A stretch of 64,000 nt of DNA, taken from Mustelus asterias (lineage: Eukaryota). Below are positions 60,026 through 64,000 of this stretch, in pieces (the first letter of the stretch is position 1; each line of letters starts with the position of its first letter). Location: assembly GCF_964213995.1 (NCBI RefSeq), contig NW_027590185.1, positions 310,001 through 374,000 on the forward strand. Reading direction: 5' to 3'. Under the pieces are notes generated by a model. That model made no database searches and was not told the origin of the DNA. It worked only from the letters and a program-made list of their open reading frames with translations. Made by a program: the position numbers and the translations under genes.

Positions 60026-62287
60026 ATCGATAGTGACCACAATTCGGTTACGTTCACCTTAGTGATGGAAAGGGATAGGCATGAACCTCGGGCCAGTGGT
60101 TTTAGCTGGGGGAAGGGTAATTATGAGGCTATTAGGAGAGAATTAGGAAACATAGGTTGGACTAGGAGATTACAGGGACTGGGAACGTCCGACATGTGGA
60201 GTTTTTTCAAGGAGCAGCTACTGCGAGTCTGTGATAGGTATGTCCCTGTCAGGCAAGGAGGAATTGGTAGGGCTAGGGAACCGTGGTGCACCAAAAAAGT
60301 TTCTTTGTTGGTTAAAAAGAAAAAGGAGGCTTATGTTCGGATGAGACGTGAGCACTCGGGTAGTGCACTAGAAAGCTTTAGATTGGCTAAGAGGGAGTTG
60401 AAGAGCGAGCTTAGAAGGGCTAAAAGGGGACATGAGAAGACTTTGGCGGATAGGGTTAAAGAGAATCCTAAGGCGTTCTATAGGTATGTCAAGAACAGAA
60501 GGTTGGTTAGGGCAAGTTTAGGGCCAGTTATAGATGGCAGAGGGAAGTTATGTGTGGAACCGGAGGAGATTGGTGAAGCATTGAACCAATATTTCTCTTC
60601 GGTGTTCACGCAAGGGGACATGAATATAGCTGAGGAGGACACTGGGTTGCAAGGGAGTAGAATAGACAGTATTACAGTTGATAAGGAGGATGTGCAGGAT
60701 ATTCTGGAGGGTCTGAAAATAGATAAATCCCCTGGTCCGGATGGGATTTATCCAAGGATTCTCTGGGAGGCAAGAGAAGTGATTGCAGAGCCTCTGGCTC
60801 TGATCTTCAGGTCGTCGTTGGCCTCTGGTATAGTACCAGAAGATTGGAGGTTAGCGAATGTTGTCCCATTGTTTAAGAAGGGGAACAGAGACTTCCCCGG
60901 GAATTATAGACCGGTGAGTCTCACTTCTGTTGTCGGCAAGATGTTGGAAAAAATTATAAGGGATAGGATTTATAGTTATTTGGAGAGTAATGAATTGATA
61001 GGTGATAGTCAGCATGGTTTTGTGGCAGGTAGGTCGTGCCTTACTAACCTTATTGAGTTTTTTGAGAAAGTGACCAAGGAGGTGGATGGGGGCAAGGCAG
61101 TGGACGTGGTATATATGGATTTTAGTAAGGCGTTTGATAAGGTTCACCATGGTAGGCTTCTGCAGAAAATGCAGATGTATGGGATTGGGGGTGATCTAGG
61201 AAATTGGATCAGGAATTGGCTAGCGGATAGGAAACAGAGGGTGGTGGTTGATAGTAAATATTCATCATGGAGTGCGGTTACAAGTGGTGTACCTCAGGGA
61301 TCTGTTTTGGGGCCACTGCTGTTTGTAATATTTATTAATGATCTGGATGAGGGTATAGTTGGGTGGATTAGCAAATTTGCTGATGACACCAAAGTCGGTG
61401 GTGTGGTAGACAGTGAGGAAGGGTGTCGTAGTTTGCAGGAAGACTTAGACAGGTTGCAAAGTTGGGCCGAGAGGTGGCGGATGGAGTTTAATGCAGAGAA
61501 GTGTGAGGTAATTCACTTTGGTAGGAATAACAGATGTGTTGAGTATAGGGCTAACGGGAGGACTTTGAATAGTGTGGAGGAGCAGAGGGATCTAGGTGTA
61601 TGTGTGCATAGATCCCTGAAAGTTGGGAATCAAGTAGATAAGGTTGTTAAGAAGGCATATGGTGTCTTGGCGTTTATTGGTAGGGGGATTGAATTTAGGA
61701 GTCGTAGCGTTATGTTGCAACTGTACACAACTCTGGTGCGGCCGCACTTGGAGTACTGTGTGCAGTTCTGGTCCCCACATTACAGGAAGGATGTGGAGGC
61801 TTTGGAGAGGGTGCAGAGGAGGTTTACCAGGATGTTGCCTGGTATGGAGGGGAGATCCTATGAGGAGAGGCTGAGGGATTTGGGATTGTTTTCGCTGGAA
61901 AGGCGGCGGCTAAGAGGGGATCTTATTGAAACATATAAGATGATTAGAGGTTTAGATAGGGTGGATAGTGATAGCCTTTTTCCTCTGATGGAGAAATCCA
62001 GCACGAGGGGGCATGGCTTTAAATTGAGGGGGGGTAGTTATAGAACCGATGTCAGGGGTAGGTTCTTTACCCAGAGGGTGGTGAGGGATTGGAATGCCCT
62101 GCCAGCATCAGTAGTAAATGCGCCTAGTTTGGGGGCGTTTAAGAGATCCGTAGATAGGTTCATGGACGAAAAGAAATTGGTTTAGGTTGGAGGGTCACAG
62201 TTTTTTTTTTTATTTAACTGGTCGGTGCAACATCGTGGGCCGAAGGGCCTGTTCTGCGCTGTAATGTTCTATGTTCTATGTTCTATG
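60026..62287 (+). mobile_element. Young 5'-truncated CR1 LINE with uninterrupted RT-containing ORF2 portion
   Basis: ORF to 62185 with KSPGPDG, NYRPVSLTS, QHGF, DFSKAFD, GVPQGSVLGP, FADDTK; 3' (ATGTTCT)n tail. Confidence 0.92.
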
Positions 62288-63194
62288 AATTGACAGTGAC
62301 AGTCACATGTTATCGAATGGCCTCATAAAACAGAAGTAGGAGTCCCATGCAACATATAAGTTCCTCACAAAATGTAAGTCATTCCCAGACAGTACAAACG
62401 ATGCCGACCGACCATCACGCCACAATAGCATGCATTCTCACAAACACATTCACACAGCACCGGAAACATCATGAAACTGCCCAATGCCACCACGTGGGAG
62501 CTGTCAAAAAATCCGACAGAAGAACATATGGAAATTAATAGATATGTTGATAACAATCCCAGCCCTCTTGACTATTCCAGTCGTTTCTTTCCATGTTTAT
62601 TTTTCTCTGGACCCCATTTCTATTGTGCTAGCTAGATTCTCCTTGTTTTTTGGTGGTTCTAAAGCTCTGGTTATTTATTTCGTAGTCGTTATGTCATTCA
62701 TGAATTCACTAGGCTCTCTCTATAATATTGCTTCATCATGGTCCCCTGTTTGATTAGGATACAGGGATAAACAAAATCGAAATCGTCTCTCCCGTCGCGG
62801 TATTACGTTACATAATAGCATGCACCCCTCAGAAAGCATTCATTTTGCTTTGCATGTCGATTGTTTGAAATCAGTTTTAATGGACCCTAACATTCATTCC
62901 CTCCACCACCAATGCAGCCGTCTGCATTACATACACGATGCACTGCAGGAACTCACCAAGCCTCGTTAAGCGGTACATTTCAAGCACACAACAGCTGAAA
63001 CCGAGGAGGACACATCGGAACACTATCACTTTCCAGACTTGGAAATGTACTCGATTCCTTCACTGTCCCCTGGAAAATATTCTGGAATTCCCTCCCTAGC
63101 AGCGCTGTGGGTTTACGTACACCGCAGCGACTGCAACCTTTCAAGAAGGCGGTTCACCACCACGTTATCAAGGGCAATTAGAGATTGGTAATGT

Positions 63195-64000
63195 CTACTG
63201 GAATAGGCCCGTGAGCCTCACATCTGTCGTGGGTAAGTTGTTGGAAGGTATTTTGAGAGACAGAATCCACAGGAATTTAGAGACGCAATGACTGATTAGG
63301 GAGAGTCAGCATGACTTTGTGAGGGGAAAATCATGTCTCATAAATTTGATTGAGTTTTTTGAAGAGGTAACCAAGAAGGTAGATGAGGGCAGTGCAGTCG
63401 ACGTTGTCTACACGGACTTCAGCAAGGCCTTTCACAAAGTACCGCATGGTCGGTTGTTGCATGAGGTTAAATCTCACGGGATCCAGGGTGAGGTATCTAA
63501 ATGGATACAAAATTGACTTCTTGATGGAAGCCAGAGGTTGGTTGTAGAGGGTTGTTTTTCAAACTGGAGGCCTGTGACCAGCAGTGTGCCTCAGGGATCA
63601 GTGCTGGGTCCACTGTTATTTGTCATTTATATTAATGATTTGGATGAGAATATAGGAGGCATGGTTACTAAGTTTGCAGATGACAGTAAGATTGGTGGCA
63701 TAGTGGACAGTGAAGAAAGTTATCTTCAATTGCAACGGGATCTTGATTGGGCCACTGGGCTGCCGAATGGCAGATGGAGTTTAATTTAGACAAAGGCGAG
63801 GTGATGTATTTTGGTAGTTTGAACCAGGGCAGGACTTACTCAGTTAATGGTAGGGCGTTGGGAAGCGTTACAGAACAAAGTGGACTCAAGTGGAGTCTCA
63901 AGTGGTCCACCTGAGACTCCACTTTCAAGTGGAGTCTCAGGTGGACAGAGTGGTGAAAAAGGCATTCGGCATGCTTGGATTCATCGGTCAGAACATTGAA
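63195..64000 (+). mobile_element. Older CR1 RT fragment
   Basis: SCLINLIEFFEEVT, DFSKAF, PQGSVLGP, FADDSK with stops and frameshifts. Confidence 0.85.

Overview
Vertebrate genomic DNA, most likely a cartilaginous fish (shark). This rests on V-SINE/HE1-like and DeuSINE-like SINEs, abundant CR1 LINEs, shark-type TCR V segments and GPR139-like receptors. The window has two domains. (1) 1-45.2 kb is a cluster of tandem C2H2 zinc-finger genes with no visible KRAB/SCAN/BTB domain: six long open arrays plus two pseudogenes. They share a stereotyped layout: a CpG-island promoter with YY1/ZNF143/NRF1/CCAAT motifs and a conserved palindrome, two short 5' exons, a decayed finger leader, an ACCATGG 'MEKPWKC' start, and a conserved in-frame peptide behind the stop codon. 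(2) ~46-60 kb is part of a T-cell receptor alpha/delta-type V region: one conventional V with a perfect 23-RSS, one inverted pseudo-V, and one V whose leader appears fused without an intron. It also has CTCF-like sites and an intact two-exon orphan class A GPCR. The window is dense with retroelements: a young Penelope-like (Neptune-type RT + GIY-YIG) element with a ~0.9 kb inverted arm and minimal hammerhead ribozymes, several short hammerhead-bearing PLE derivatives (two with TSDs), a young 5'-truncated CR1, a solo LTR with a 4-bp TSD, and Rex1/L2/RTE fragments. All calls come from reading the sequence; no database searches were run.
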